64,000 nt of DNA from Amoebidium appalachense. Lineage: Eukaryota > Protista > Ichthyosporea. Of the stretch, positions 17,532 to 31,382 are shown piece by piece. Where the stretch lies: the NCBI GenBank assembly GCA_963693365.1, contig CAVNZM010000006.1, positions 2,480,001-2,544,000 on the forward strand, read 5' to 3'. The position numbers and the translations under genes are program-made. The notes under the pieces were generated by a model, which was not told the DNA's origin, did not search any database, and was given only the letters and a program-made list of their open reading frames with translations. Within the stretch, counting starts at the first letter, position 1. Each line of letters opens with the position of its first letter.

Positions 17532-19562
17532 CGCACACACACAGTGACTCCGTGGAGCAAGAGCAAGTTGGGGCCATGCCTGTGTCGAACGCTAAAGCCC
17601 CCTCCAATGGGTTCGCTTCCCTGAAACGGTAACCACTATCTCCCTCCCTCATTCTCCCCCCCCCCCCCCCCCCTCCCCCCCCTCCCTCCCTCCCTTATCC
17701 CCCTGTAAGTTTGATCCAGGACCAAAAAAGAAAGAGAGCCTGAAGAAAGAAAGAAGATTTGAAGTGGGCAAAATCACACGAGCACACACAAAAGCACAAG
17801 GGCAAAATCACACGGGCACGCACAAAAGCACAAAAGCGCAAACAACCGAACACAACCGCACACACGAGCACACAACCAAACTTCCTTGCCCACACATCCA
17901 GACCCCCCCCCCCCTCCCCCCTCCATCCACAACCACACACGTGCACTCAATCTCTTCATCCCCGGCTCCCTGTCCCAAACTCACATTTACCCTCCAATCT
18001 CCTCCCCTCCCCCCATCCCCCCCCCCTTCTTCCAGGAGCCACACGGACAGTGATATTGACTCCCATGATGATGAACTCGTACTGATCATGAAGGACTCGG
18101 ACGATGAAGAGTAGGAACCCTACTCCTTCCCCTCTTTCCCCGCTTTTGTGGAATTTGCATCTTCCTTTTCTTCTTTTGCTTGTTCCCCTTATCCTATCTC
18201 CCCTATCATTGCTCCGTTCTTCTCAATATGAAAGTCTACCCCTCATTCCTTCCCCCACTCTAAATATATTCTTCTTTTTGCTTTCCTTGTGCACACCTAC
18301 ACATCCCTACCCATCCACCCACGTACACACGTGCCCGCACTCTCTCACTCACTCACTCAATCACTCACTCACTCACTCACTCACTCACTCAATCAATCAT
18401 TCACTCACTCACTACTCACACTCTCACTTATTCACCCCAACACACACACACACTGACCCCTTCTTTCTTGGCCCCCAGTCCTGACAGTGCTCTTGAGCGC
18501 TCCCCCCACAAACGCCATCGCAGAGAGTAAAGGGGCAGTTGGCAAAGTAGAGGTGAGAGCAACACCCCCCTCTCCCCTCCCCCCTCCTCACCCCCCTCCT
18601 CACCCCCCTCCCCTCTCGGGGACCCAAATTGGAAAGAAAGAAATGAAAGGGGAAGGAAAGAGCGCCACCCAGTGGCACCTACACACACATGCATCCACAT
18701 CCAACACCCCCATGCTTTGTAACAGCCAAGATCTGATAATCATAAAGCAGCCCACCACTTATTATCCACTCGACATAAACCAGAACCTGGTTGCAAATCT
18801 CAAACATTACATCTGGAGTCACTCTAAATCCTCCATGGCTGCTGGAGAAGACAAGAAGGGAGTGCAAACAAAGTTTGTTCTCAGATGTCTAAAACATACA
18901 ATCCCGTCTGTCTGTGTGTGCATTAGGGACTATCACACGAGTTCTGCCACAATTTCTTACTCTGCAATTTGACCCACAGACCCCCATACCTCAAGGTGTT
19001 GGCCCGATCTAGGGTGCCGACGTGCAGACCGTGACCGTCCGATCGGATTGGCTGGTGCCATGGACCCCCTTCCCCATAGACCCGACCAGAGATTTGCTGA
19101 TGGATGACCCGCCCTCTTGCCCTGCCTGGAGGTATGAACCTCCCTCCATTCCCCCCCCCTCTCATCCCCCCTCTTTCCGGGGGCACCTTACAGACCCAGG
19201 CAAATGCATTTTGTTGCTTAGAAAAAAACTTTTAGCAAACTTATTAATATTAGTGTGTGGGCTGTGGGTTGGTGTAAAGGTCGGGGAATGTATACACAGT
19301 GTGTGTGTTGACTGACCACTGACCGATTCTACCCCTGTACATCCATTCTCTCACCCCCTCTGTCGTTTCCATCCCCTCGACTCCTTTCCACTCCCCCCCT
19401 ATAGCTACCCCACCATCACCCCATCCGTTCACCCCACCCCACTCCATCCGGCGTCTCCCTTTTCATCACCCATCCTTCTGCCTTTTTGAGCTGCCGTTGC
19501 TTCTACCCATTCCCTTTCCTGTGTGTTGTACTTGCATCTAACCCATTTGTGCATGCACACAC

Positions 19563-19649
<87 letters not shown>

Positions 19650-19738
19650 GTGTCGCCCCGTGCCGTGAGCGAAGGCTCACGGTCAAGCCTGGCAGCCGAA
19701 GACGCACACTGCATGGGCAAAGAGCCCCGGGAACAGGG
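16201..19738 (+). CDS. Putative chain of symmetric phase-2 exons encoding acidic/basic disordered modules (probable tail of the kinase locus)
   Basis: AG/GT-bounded segments 16201-16296 (96 nt), 16808-16927 (120), 17545-17628 (84), 18036-18110 (75) and 19649-19738 (90) are all multiples of 3 and open in the phase-2 frame, e.g. GDDDWDSPGNQMEAEEEGPGDVIEDDE and SHTDSDIDSHDDELVLIMKDSDDE. Confidence 0.45.
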
Positions 19739-19747
19739 GTAAAGCCC

Positions 19748-19806
<59 letters not shown>

Positions 19807-20029
19807 TGTTCTCCCTTCCCCTCCCCCTCGCCCATCTTTCTTTCTTTCCTTCCTTCCTTTCGCCCTCTTTTACTCCTTTCCTTCTTCTTTCTTCCCGTCC
19901 CTTGCCTCCTTTCTCTCCTCCTTTCCCCCTTTTCCTCAACGGGCGGCTTTGTTGATGTGTGAGTAAACGTTTGGCTGGAGGAGGACAGCCCAGAAGCATG
20001 AGCGAATAAAATGGTGGATATACAAAATG

Positions 20030-20650
20030 GACATGTATGTGTAGTGGACAAATGTAATAAAGTGGATTTATATGTTGAACATGTAGTGGATAGTGGACAT
20101 ATCAATTGGACATATTTAGTGGACATAGTGGATGTATAGTGGACATATCAATTGGACATATGTAGTGGAATAGTAGATGTATAGTGGACACATGAATTGG
20201 ACATATGTAGTGGACATAGTGGATGTATAGTGGACATATCAATTGGACATATGTAGTGGACATAGTGGATGTATAGTGGACATATCAATTGGACATATGT
20301 AGTGGACATAGTGGATGTATAGTGGACACATGAATTGGACATATATGCAGTGGACATAATGGATGTATAGTGGACATATCAATTGGACATATGTAGTGGA
20401 ATAGTGGATGTATAGTGGACACGTGAATTGAACATATGTAGTGGACATAGTGGATGTATAGTGGACACATGAATTGGACATATGTAGTGGACAGAGTGGG
20501 TGTATAGTGGACACATGAATTGGACATATGTAGTGGACATAGTGGATATATATTGACACATGAATTGGACATATGTAGTGGAATAGTGGATGTATGGTGG
20601 ACAACATGAATTGGACATATGTAGTGGAATAGTGGATGTATAGTGAACAT
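20030..20650. repeat. 46-bp minisatellite, about 13 copies
   Basis: The unit tagtggacatagtggatgtatagtggacatatcaattggacatatg is repeated head-to-tail with variants. Confidence 0.93.
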
Positions 20651-21301
20651 CATGAGTGCATGTATATATAAATACATGGGATATATATTGTTTGTATAAG
20701 CACGTGTACAGCAGATATTCCCTTCCTGTCTAGTACGTCGTTTCCCTTAAAGACTCAATAAAGCCCTTATCACCGATCACGACGGGCCGCAATGCAGGAA
20801 ATGATCGTACGATGGTATGCAAGCGTGTGGGAAGGTAAATTCTGTAAAGTTTCATATGGTCGATATGGGTAAACACCAAGTTCCTTCTTGAATGCTGTGT
20901 AATGTAGCCTAATGAGTGCACATGCTGTAATGTGGTGTAGATTAACCGTTTTGGGGGGTTTATGCTGCCTGGCACATGTACCATACAAGTGATGATGCAT
21001 ATCAGTTAAACCATGGGAATAAAATGTATGCACAAAGGCTCCAGTATTCAATTTACATATAGCTTGAGGGAAGATCTCTTTCAACACACACGCCTGAATA
21101 ACTGCGACTATCCACAGTGGCATATACACGTGCGTGTGTGTGTATGCAAGTGTGTGCATACGTGGATCTATGGGCGGATTTCTGATGGGGAAGTATGTGT
21201 GCTTCGCAAGGGTTGTATGATGTGCTCATGTGCCTTGCGTGTGCTTGTATATCAGCGTACGTTCGAGCACATGCACTGCATTTGTGCTTGGACATCCCCC
21301 C

Positions 21302-21334
<33 letters not shown>

Positions 21335-21460
21335 GGCCACCCGCCCGCCCGCCTGCCTGCCTGCCCATCACATAAAAAAGACACGGGGAAAAAATGTGAT
21401 AAGTATATATACTATGCTGACAGTAGGCACCACCGCCAGCACGGGCTATGAAAATAACTG

Positions 21461-21707
21461 ATAAAATCTTAAAAACCACTATCAATGATGCACATACACT
21501 GATGTGTTTAATAAAATTTTATTAACTACTATCAATGATGCACATATGCTGATGTGTTTAATAAAATTCAATCAACTACTATCAATGATGCACATATACT
21601 GATGTGTTTAATAAAGTTTTAAAAACTACTATCAATGATGCACATATACTGATGTGTTTTATAAAGTTTTGAATACTACTATCAATGATGCACATATACT
21701 GATGTGT
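21461..21707. repeat. 50-51-bp minisatellite, 5 copies
   Basis: Unit ataaa(N9-10)actactatcaatgatgcacatatactgatgtgttt. Confidence 0.93.
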
Positions 21708-21932
21708 GCCATGTGTATCGGTCTGTCGGTGCCTAATATCTGTCTGCATCAGCGGCTCTGGAAAAAGGGAGGGGGGAGGGGGGGGGAGGTGGGGGGAGGG
21801 GGAGGGTGGGTTAGCAGAGGGGGGCGGGGGCGGGAGGAGGGGGGGGGAGAGAAAGAAAGAGGAGCAGGGAGGGAGGGAGGGAGGGAGGGAGTGAGGGGGA
21901 GAGAGAGAGAGAGAGAGGGAGAGAGAGAGATG

Positions 21933-21963
<31 letters not shown>

Positions 21964-22262
21964 AGATATCTCGAGAGGGAGAGAGAGAGAGAGAGAGAGG
22001 AGGGAGGGAAGAGGGGGGGGGGGGGGGGGGGGGGGGGAGTGTGTGTATGTGTGAGGCTACCACGCCCTGAACATATGTGTGTGTGTGTGTGTCACCTATA
22101 GCTATCATCAATTCACTGCCGCCGAGAAACCTCCTAGTGCACGAGTCTCAGATGCGGATTGTCCAAAATTTTTAATGAACAAACCATACCTCCGCACACA
22201 GCTTGAGCTAATCATTTTGAAAAATATTTGCACAGATTTGAAATACCACGAAAACACCGTGA

Positions 22263-22302
<40 letters not shown>

Positions 22303-23233
22303 TTCGACCCAATCTGACATGTGCACACATGCACAAGGGCACACCAGCTTACACACACACCCACACAACAACAACAATGCACACACAAGAAGCAGTCAAG
22401 GGAGTGAGATCATCATCGAACTTCAAGATCCAGGATACCATAAAAAATATTAATATAAATAATAATAATAATAACATCCCACACGTTTTACATCATACCA
22501 AACACAGCCTCGACACCATGTGCACCACTTACACTGTGCCCACGGTCTCTGTGAGCTGTGATACCCCCCTCCCCCCCCCCCCCCAAATATATATTTGCTT
22601 CCCCCCAGGTACATATACCCCACCACACCGTCACCTTCACCTTCGTGCACCTCAAACCCATTTTTGTGCAGTTCCGCTTAATGGGGCATGTGCATGCACA
22701 CAAACACAAGCGTACACGTAGTCACCCACACACATTAGTGTTCACTGGTTCACACACGCACACATGGAGAAAATAGGCCATGCACACACATAAGCAAACA
22801 CTTGCACACGAGTACATGCAACACACGCACACACATGCTGCACACATGTGCAAATGGGTTTTCAGTGTATTATTTCACATATGGGCATATCTAGCCCAAG
22901 GGATATCTCTAAGGCTATGGCACCCTGTGCCACGCACAGAGCATACATTTTCGTAGATATACAATTGGTGGTACAGATCTATCCCCCTCCCATACCACCC
23001 CTACTACCCTAAACACAATACGTATGCACAAGATGAGAAATTGTTTAAGCCAGATAGAAGTGAGAAGCTAAGAATGAAACACAACACACAAAATAAGCAT
23101 AACCTTGCCCTTCCCTACCCCGCGTCTTATTCTTACTTGCTGCCTAGCAAAACTATTACACCTATTGTGAGTTATTTTATTTCCCTTTGCATGCATGGTG
23201 TCATTACAGCTCATTAGCAGTCATTAGTGCTCG

Positions 23234-25278
23234 TTAGACCGTCTGCATGCACTTCTGCATGGTCTGAAGTTTCTGGTTCATGCTCACGGCACCTTCTGGC
23301 TCCCGCAGGAACGGCTTGCCGGTCGGCTCATCTTGGAAAATGTCACCACTGTGGAGGTGGGAGATAGAGGGTTAGAATGAAATATGTGGTATGGAATCAT
23401 GCAAGGCTTCTTTAAGAGCCCCCACTCTCATTTTCTCTCTCTTTATCGTCTTGGTGTTGGTGAGCACGACAGAGGCATTGTGTGTAATGTGGTGCAGAGG
23501 GGAAGGATGTTGCACGTTTCAAAATCTTCGTGGGTGGGTTGGTGGAGGTACAGGCGCTTGCAAATACCTGTGTGAGTGTGAGTGTGTGTGTGTGTGCGAT
23601 GGAGCGAGTGTGATGATATTTTGTGTGTGTGCATGTGCGTGTGCATGTGTGTGTGGGGGGAGGGGAAGGGGGGGGGGGGGGGGGGGGGGACTGTCTGTCT
23701 ATGTGCGTGCCCGCGGGTTCACGTAGGGGGGGGAAGGTTTTAAGCATACCTTGTGCCGCCAATACCGGTGAGGTCATCCCCCTTCAGGCGCAGGGGCCTA
23801 TTGTGCTGCTGCCAGTAGGAGGTGCGCCTGCGCATGTAGCACATGGCAATGACGGGGCACACACAGCACCCAATAATCGCTATGATCAGAGCGGCAAGCG
23901 CTAGGTCGTAGGCCTTCTGGTATTTGTCCTCGCCAGTAGCGGCCTGTGTGGGTGGGGGTGTGGTGTGAGTGGTGGGATGGGTGTGCGGTGATGGGTTACT
24001 GCGTGCATGTGCGAAAAATGAGGTGGTGTGTCAGCGTGCATTTGACAGGTCACTTGTGGCAAGATGGCGGGACCACCAGCAGCCCAATCTAAAGGGAAGC
24101 TGCTTTGACAACGGACCTAGGTAACAGCCTTCAACCTCCACAGCCTCTTTTCGTGTGTGTGTGTGTGTGTGTGTGTGTTGGGAGGAGGGAGGGGGGGGGG
24201 GGGGGGGGGAGGGGGATACCTCTCCAGCAGCACCAGCAGGTGTTGGCTGTACTTGTGTAGGAGCAGGGGCCTCGGGTGCATTGCTGACAACAGGTGCCTG
24301 CGACACAACCCCAGGCTCCACCACCCCCACAGACGCAACACCGCTCTGCACAACACCAGCACTGGCCACAGCCCCAGAGGACACAACTGCGCTTGTTGGA
24401 ACAGGAGCGTTGGGAAGGGGTTCGGTGGGTAGGGGCGCAAGGGTGACTTGGTCGGGCTGGGGGGGTTTGAGGTGTACGGGTGCACCGGTTTCGGAAATAC
24501 CGGCGGGTGGGAGCTCGGCCTTGGAGAGGCCGGCTGTGTCCTCAATCTCGGGAGGTTTCATGGCGATCATGCACTGGGGAAGAAGAGGGGTTAGGATGCA
24601 GATTAGAAGGAATGGCCAGATTTGCATAAATATTATACATGAAGATTCACAACTGAAGGGGTCATATCATTGGCTCTCGTACCCTTAAAAGTAAAAATGC
24701 AGGCCCAGCATCATGTTTATCCCCTTCTCTCTCTGCCCCCCCCTTCCCCCCCTTCCTCCCCTCCGGTGCTCCCTTCCACACTATATGGATATATACCCAA
24801 TCAAGAACAAGCCTGATATAGGAAAGAGAGGAAGGTAATATCTTCTTCCTTGCCCTTTTTCCTTTCTTCACTAAACTTATCTCTCCCTCTCTCTCATTTT
24901 TTTGTTTGTTTTTTCTTTTCCCTTATTTCTTCTTTTATTTTTTTCTTTTATTTTTATTTTTATTTTTATTTTATTTTATTTATTTTATTTTTTTTTGGGG
25001 GGGGGGGGGGGGAGGGCTCGATACCGAGGGGAGAGGAGAGAGGCAGGGGAGGAAGGAAGGGGGGGAGGGGGGGGAGGGGGGGGGGGGAACCTATACCGAG
25101 TCCAAATTTGTGACGCCCAAGAGGTCCTGCAGCTCAGGCATGCAAGCAATGGCCTCACTGAAGTCACCCAAGTACGAGTCATAGTCCTTGGCAGCTTCAA
25201 ACCCCCCCGTGATCTTGTGGTTGAGCATGGAGTAGAGCGTTTGGCCCTGCGGGTGGCTCTTGCTGCCGAGCATGCCGT

Positions 25279-25372
<94 letters not shown>

Positions 25373-27725
25373 GGGGGAAGGGGTGGGGGGTGGGGGTGGG
25401 GTGGGGGGGGGTTAGACTGGGGGTACATATTGCGGAGTGTGGGGAGGCATAACGAGGAATGGGCAAGGGATACAAGCGCATAAACACGGTGAACACGGAG
25501 TGTGAAACACAATGGGTGTGAGGTTGAGAGAGAGGTGGGGGCAGGTGGATGTGGGCCAATATGGCTGAGGCATTGGACAACAACTAAAGGAACGACGAGG
25601 GAGGGGAGGGGACTGGGCCTACGAGTGAGCATCCAGATGTCTGTGTGCATGTGTGTGTGTGTGTTGGATATGGAACAGAGACGCAGGCCTTTCAAGCTGG
25701 CAAGCATAATGAGCACACACAAACACGTACACACACACACACACACCTTGAAGTTCTTCAGTGCTGTGGGGTTGAGGGCATTCTCCTTTGCAATCCAGAT
25801 GTCGTTAGGCACCTGCCCCATGCTTTGAAGCATCTTTAGCTGGGGGAGTTTCTGAATGGAACAAAAACAATCTGGTCAGTAAACACGTTTTGTCTGTCAG
25901 CTTAGGGTTCCCTGTCTGAACTAACTTTTCCTTGATGTATGTGAGCATGAGCAGGCAACCAAAAAATTGCTTTGAAACAAAAATCGGCTAGTTTTTGCAG
26001 TAATTTGGCAGCAAAGAATATTCGATTATGAGATAAACTACAAACTAACATAGCTCTGGGTTTGTTTGTTTTTTCTCTCTTTTTCTTTTTTCTCTTTCTT
26101 TCTTTCATTCAATCTTTCCTTTTCTTTTCTTTACTTTCTTTCTTTTTTTTTTTTTTTTTTTGGGGGGGGGGGGGGGGGGGGAGGGGGGAGGGGAGGGTGT
26201 GTTGAGTGTACTACACAGCAAGAATATGCAGGGATCCTTTTAAGAGCACACGTGTACACACACACACACACACACGTGTACAAGCACACCCACCCACACA
26301 CACACACACCTGGCACCAGTCAGGGGGTGCCGTGCCGTTGCAGCTCTTGCTGATAGCCACATCGCTGACAAAAGCCACGTCACAGTTTCCATCCAGAAGG
26401 TCTCTGATTGGCCCCCCATACTCCTCATATTGCTCGGGACTGGGGCACTGTCCTGGCACTAGCCCTGGCATCTGATGGTGTTTGCGAGGTTAGTGGGTTG
26501 GTTGTGGTGTGTAGGGTGTGGGGTTTTGATGGAACTGGTGTTTGGGGCGCAGATATGAAGATTCATCGAAAGGACATTGTGGGGGTGACTGTCGATGCTT
26601 TTTAAAGAATCAATCAATGCATTTCACATCTCCCCCCCCCCTCCCCCCCCCCCCCCCTCTTCCCCAAACACACACCAACACACATGTGCACACAGCCACC
26701 ACACACACACATGCACCCACCCACCCACCCACCCACACCAACCACACACACACACACCTCATCTCCATGTCACTGAAGTCAATCAAAAATATAACACTAA
26801 TGCTACCTCTCAACTTACTCCTGTTTTTGTAGAAGTTTTCTAATCGAATCTTTTCTGGTTGATCGTCTTTCGCTCCCTATCTTTTCCTTTTCATGTTTTC
26901 TGATTTTCCTTTACTCTTCTCTCTCTTTCTTCTAACTGCTTTTCTTTTTCTTATTCTTATCTTTCTTTTTTCTCTCTTTCTTTCTTTTTTGGGCAAAAGG
27001 GGGGGGGGGGGGGGGGGGGGGATAAAGGGGGAAGGGGGAGTGGAGGGGGGCAGTCACCTTGCATGCGGCACAGAATTTTGGTGGCGCACAGCTGCCGCCA
27101 GTGAAGTAGCCCTGTGATTGGCCACAAATCAGTTATCACGTGACGAACATAATTACCACATGACAGTCAGCCAACCAGGCACGAGACCAACACCAATAAA
27201 GAGCAACCAATTAATCAAATGACCAACAACCATGCAACCAGACGACCTTCCTCAATTTCATTTGAATAGCCAAATATAGTTACAAACAACGACAGGGATT
27301 GGCTCTTACAGAGATTGTTGCGGCCATGGAGTTGCCCACAGGCAGCATGTAACCATTGTGTACGGCGTAGCTGATTGGCAGATAGACCCCCTCCTCATCG
27401 TCACTGCTGGGATGGCACGACCTGAGGCCCTGTGTCTGGGGGAATGTGCGGATGTTGCTATCCTTGCGCACCCACATCTGGGAGTCCACGTAGGGCTTGC
27501 CTGAGCTGGCCGTGGTTTCGATGGCAATGGGGATGGTCTGCTTGTCTTGCCTGAGGAAAAGGAAGTTGGTGGGTGAGTGTGTGGATGGGTGTGTCGGTGG
27601 TTGAGTGGTTGAGTGGGTGAGTGGGTGGTTTTTGTGTTTCTCTCTTTATTTTCTTCCTTTCTTTCTTTTCTTTTGTGTGTGCGTGTGTTTCATGTGTCAC
27701 GGTGTGTGTGCGCGTGTATTTTTGA

Positions 27726-27756
<31 letters not shown>

Positions 27757-27794
27757 TTGTGTGTGCGTGCGCACGCGCATGTGTGTGTGTGTGA

Positions 27795-27852
<58 letters not shown>

Positions 27853-30213
27853 CTATGTGTGTGTATGTGTGTGGGAGTTGTTGGGTTGTGATGGACAACT
27901 AATGGATGTCCTTTGCTACCAGGCTGATGTGTGCCAAAGATATGCCATTGCCATATGGGGTAGTCTCTTCGGGTAGGTCGCTCTCGCAAATTTCAACCGT
28001 ACAGCAGTGATCTTGATATGTTGACTTCAGGGTACGTCTATTGTTATCACTCGATTCTATATATTCCTCATGTTTTACTTTTGATTTTCCTTTTCCTGTT
28101 ATTTTTTCTATTTTCTTTCTTTCTTTTCCTCTTATCCATTTTCTTCTTCTTCTTCTTCTTCTTCTTTTTTTTTTTTTTTTTTTTTTCTTTTTTTTTGGGG
28201 GGGGGGAAGGGGAGGGGGGGGGGGGGGGGGGGGGGGGGAGGTGAGGGTGTCATTGTTAGTGTGTGCAGGTATGATTACGTGTCCGTTCCAGATCGGATAT
28301 GTTTGCCACCACCAGAGGGTACATTCTGAGCTCACATACACGCGTGTCCCTCATGACTGCCATTGACTGAGCTATGAATGCACCTCGTCTTTTTCCGGTG
28401 AACAGTTGCTGAAATAAACACGGTTGTTTCTAATTCTAAATTCGACATGTTTTTTCTGCTCGCATCATTGTGTACTGAATTTTTGTTGCTGACGGGTTCT
28501 GGTTTAGACTTCAAACTTCCTTATCGCCGCATTACAGCACAGCACAGTACTGTCTGCCACGTCGTATACAAATTGCCGCTGCATTGCGATTGGGGTCATA
28601 TAAAGTGTGCAATAGGCAAGTAAAATATTGGTTTCTGTTGATTGTTGTGTGAGGGTGAGGCAATCTTAATGACGAGAGGACCTTTCAAGCGTGAGCATAC
28701 AGGCATACATCTAGGGGTGTACAGGAAGTTCCGAGTGATGTATGTTGGCTGTGTCATTGATAAGTGCTGTTTACTCTCTTAATTCCGAGCCTTGGTGTGG
28801 GCTTAGCACTGCTTTTATGCACAATCGACAGTGGCTTGCTTGCCACAGGGTAATCGTAGAACAAGGTTTTGGTGTGTGTATAGGGGCATGTGCATGTGCT
28901 ATCGTAGCTCGTGTAGCTGTAAGACAAATTATGAACTTGAAATTTAAACCCTATAGAGCAGGGTTAGCTACTTTAGAATCGAAAGACGAATGGCATTGTT
29001 CTGTTCCCCGTAACAGCAGGTTTGTGTGCAAGCGCACATGGCTGTGCTCACGAGCGCTCGTGCATGTATATGCATATGTGTGTGTGTGTGCTCGCGCACG
29101 TGTGTGTGGGTGAACATGAACTATTCCTGAAAAGTTTGGGTGTCGTACTGTGCTGATGTTCTCGCTGAGTCCGAATATTGCGCACACACTGGGCCTGGCT
29201 AACATGTGCCAGCACACAGATCTTCACAAGAAAACAGCCAGCCTCTTAAAGAGTCGGGTAAAGAAATAGGAAGTTATTTTTTTCTCTTTTGAGTATTGAT
29301 ACCCGTCCGACACCACCCAAAAAACCACGTAAACCCCACAGTTATTGTGAGTGAACAGGGCTATGATGAACACACCGTGACACACACACACGTAACAGTC
29401 ACCCAAGTCCATGCACATGCCCACACACACACTGGCGCGCACCAGTCACAAACAAAAAAAATATTCGCCTCCATAACCCACCAACCCGCACATTCACATA
29501 CCCGTATATTGCGGCGTTGGCATTGACAAATGTAAGGTCCGAGGTGCCAGCCGCCACATCCTCCATGGCCTGCCTGGTGGTGTCGAATTTATTGGCCACA
29601 TAGTGCAGACCGGTCACGGCCTTAAGTGCCTCAGCAAAGGCATTCATGTCCTGCTTGTCCCCGCCATATGCAACGCGGATGGGGTCTGTGTGCAAGATAC
29701 ATCTTTGCTTAGTGCGTGTTGTGGTGTTGTGTGGCTGTTTAGGTTATGAAGGGCGAGAAAGGGGTTTTATGAATGTGCAAACAGAGGCCCAGGAACACAT
29801 GCATATGTATGTTAGGGTTAGGTTAAGCAGCTGAATGCCTTAACCAGAGCTAAACAATGAACTAATTACCCCTCCAGCGCAGAAGCATGTGCTACGTGAG
29901 CACGCATCTTGCTAAGCTTCCGCACATACTTTCCCGCAATCACTTACTATTCGAGACCTGATAAATCGCTCCTCACGGTCAACCAAGTACCTTGAGTATA
30001 AACTCGGGAAGGCCTAAATGAAGGAGTAAAACCTCCGCATATCTACAAAACGACATATTAAGTTTAAACAATATGAACTGCCTCTAAGCATGCACACAGT
30101 TTCCTCTACGCCGTTCACTGGCGGCATATATCTTCACACGTACCTCCACTGCCCCCCGAGCGCTGGGCGTTAGCATGCGCGGCAAACGCCGCAAACACAA
30201 CAGCAGCCTTCAT
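23234..30213 (-). CDS. Type I membrane protein with a single transferrin/PhnD-like (PBP2) lobe, Pro/Ala/Val-rich stalk, TM helix and cytosolic tail (~553 aa, 10 exons)
   Basis: In-phase GT-AG exons: 30213-30144, 29685-29502, 27550-27310, 27111-27058, 26471-26310, 25851-25747, 25279-25097, 24573-24220, 23943-23750 and 23348-23234. Signal peptide MKAAVVFAAFAAHANA. Fold motifs WVRKDSNIRTFPQTQGLRSCH, YEEYGGPIRDLLDGNCDVAFV and GQVPNDIWIAK. TM LALAALIIAIIGCCVCPVIAMCYM followed by RRR. Ends MQTV-TAA. Confidence 0.85.
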
Positions 30214-31162
30214 TGTATCGAGTCCCCTTTCCTATGCGTGTGCATACAGACCGTAGCAATGCACGCGGGACGCTACTTCTATAACTACTAACCTAACACA
30301 CCTGTAACTACACTCTCGACCTCCTTTTCTACGTAGTTCTGTCTACAGAGTGTGACTCGGAGAGGGAGGGGTGCTGCCTTCATGCACGCAGCACACACCG
30401 TGAACTCAACTTGCATTCCAATGTCTGAGGATCCTAAATGTTGGTTGATGCTGATTGGATGAGAGTCCTAAGACAATAAATATGTGAGGGGGGTAAAGCA
30501 TTCCTGCTACGAAAACGTTTACCAGTGACCCTTACAATAAGTTGGCAATACTTGAGAAAAACGATACCACGTCCACATAAATATTTATGTGGCATTTGTG
30601 ATGATATTAGGGTCTTATAACATTATTTATGAAGCTATAAATAAGAAATTTACACACACCATCAGCTCGTGTTCTGCACAGTAGAATGCGGTAGTTCGGG
30701 GATCTCAACGCCGTTTCTGATTGGACAATTTACTGACCTCGCGAATACGCCACCGGCGTCCTACAGCCTCAGGCTAGAGCCTTTAGGGTTTGTTTCACAC
30801 ACAAGTTATACGCTCAAGTGTAGGCTAGCTCTGCCAACCTTGAACCCTGCAAGGCAGTGATCGCCGGATCCCAGGGAGAAAATGTTGCGCCTTTTGGGGT
30901 AGGCCTGCCAGGCATGAACTTCCGCACGCAGCCGGAGCCCAGTGGGGCCCTGGGCAGGGCCCTGGCCTGGCCGTGGCCAATCTATGATGATTCAGCGTAC
31001 GCCATTGGATAAAGATCAGTATTTGTGGTAACCGGGCTATCAGCAACAAGTGCTGTGGCATGCGGCTTGCTGAAGCAGCAGAACTCGGCAGAATCCACAG
31101 CTGCACAATTTGTGCACGCTGACCGATGGTGGTGGCCCAAGCTGGTGGCCCAGTATGTGTGT

Positions 31163-31194
<32 letters not shown>

Positions 31195-31339
31195 CAGGTT
31201 GTGCGGGGGGTTGTTGAGACAAACACAAAAAATATATACATATGTCTATAGAGACAGGGAAGGGAAAGAGAGAGGAGAGGAGCGCCCGGGGGAGGGAGGG
31301 AGAGGGAGAGAGAGAGGGGGGGGGGGGGGGGGGGGGGGG

Positions 31340-31382
<43 letters not shown>

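Noticed and set aside
20030-20650. Repeat-protein ORFs (MSTIHPLCPLH...) or CRISPR
   Set aside because: The 46-bp unit is not a multiple of 3 and has no unique spacers; it is a plain minisatellite.
21461-21707. CRISPR-like array (constant ~40 bp plus variable ~10 bp)
   Set aside because: The variable parts are too short and related to each other, there are no cas genes, and the context is eukaryotic.
29810-29826. Telomeric TTAGGG
   Set aside because: Only one full unit; expected by chance.
31025-31153. Possible isolated plus-strand exon (…DRWWWPKLVAQ|gtatgt)
   Set aside because: No partner exons or homology recognisable.
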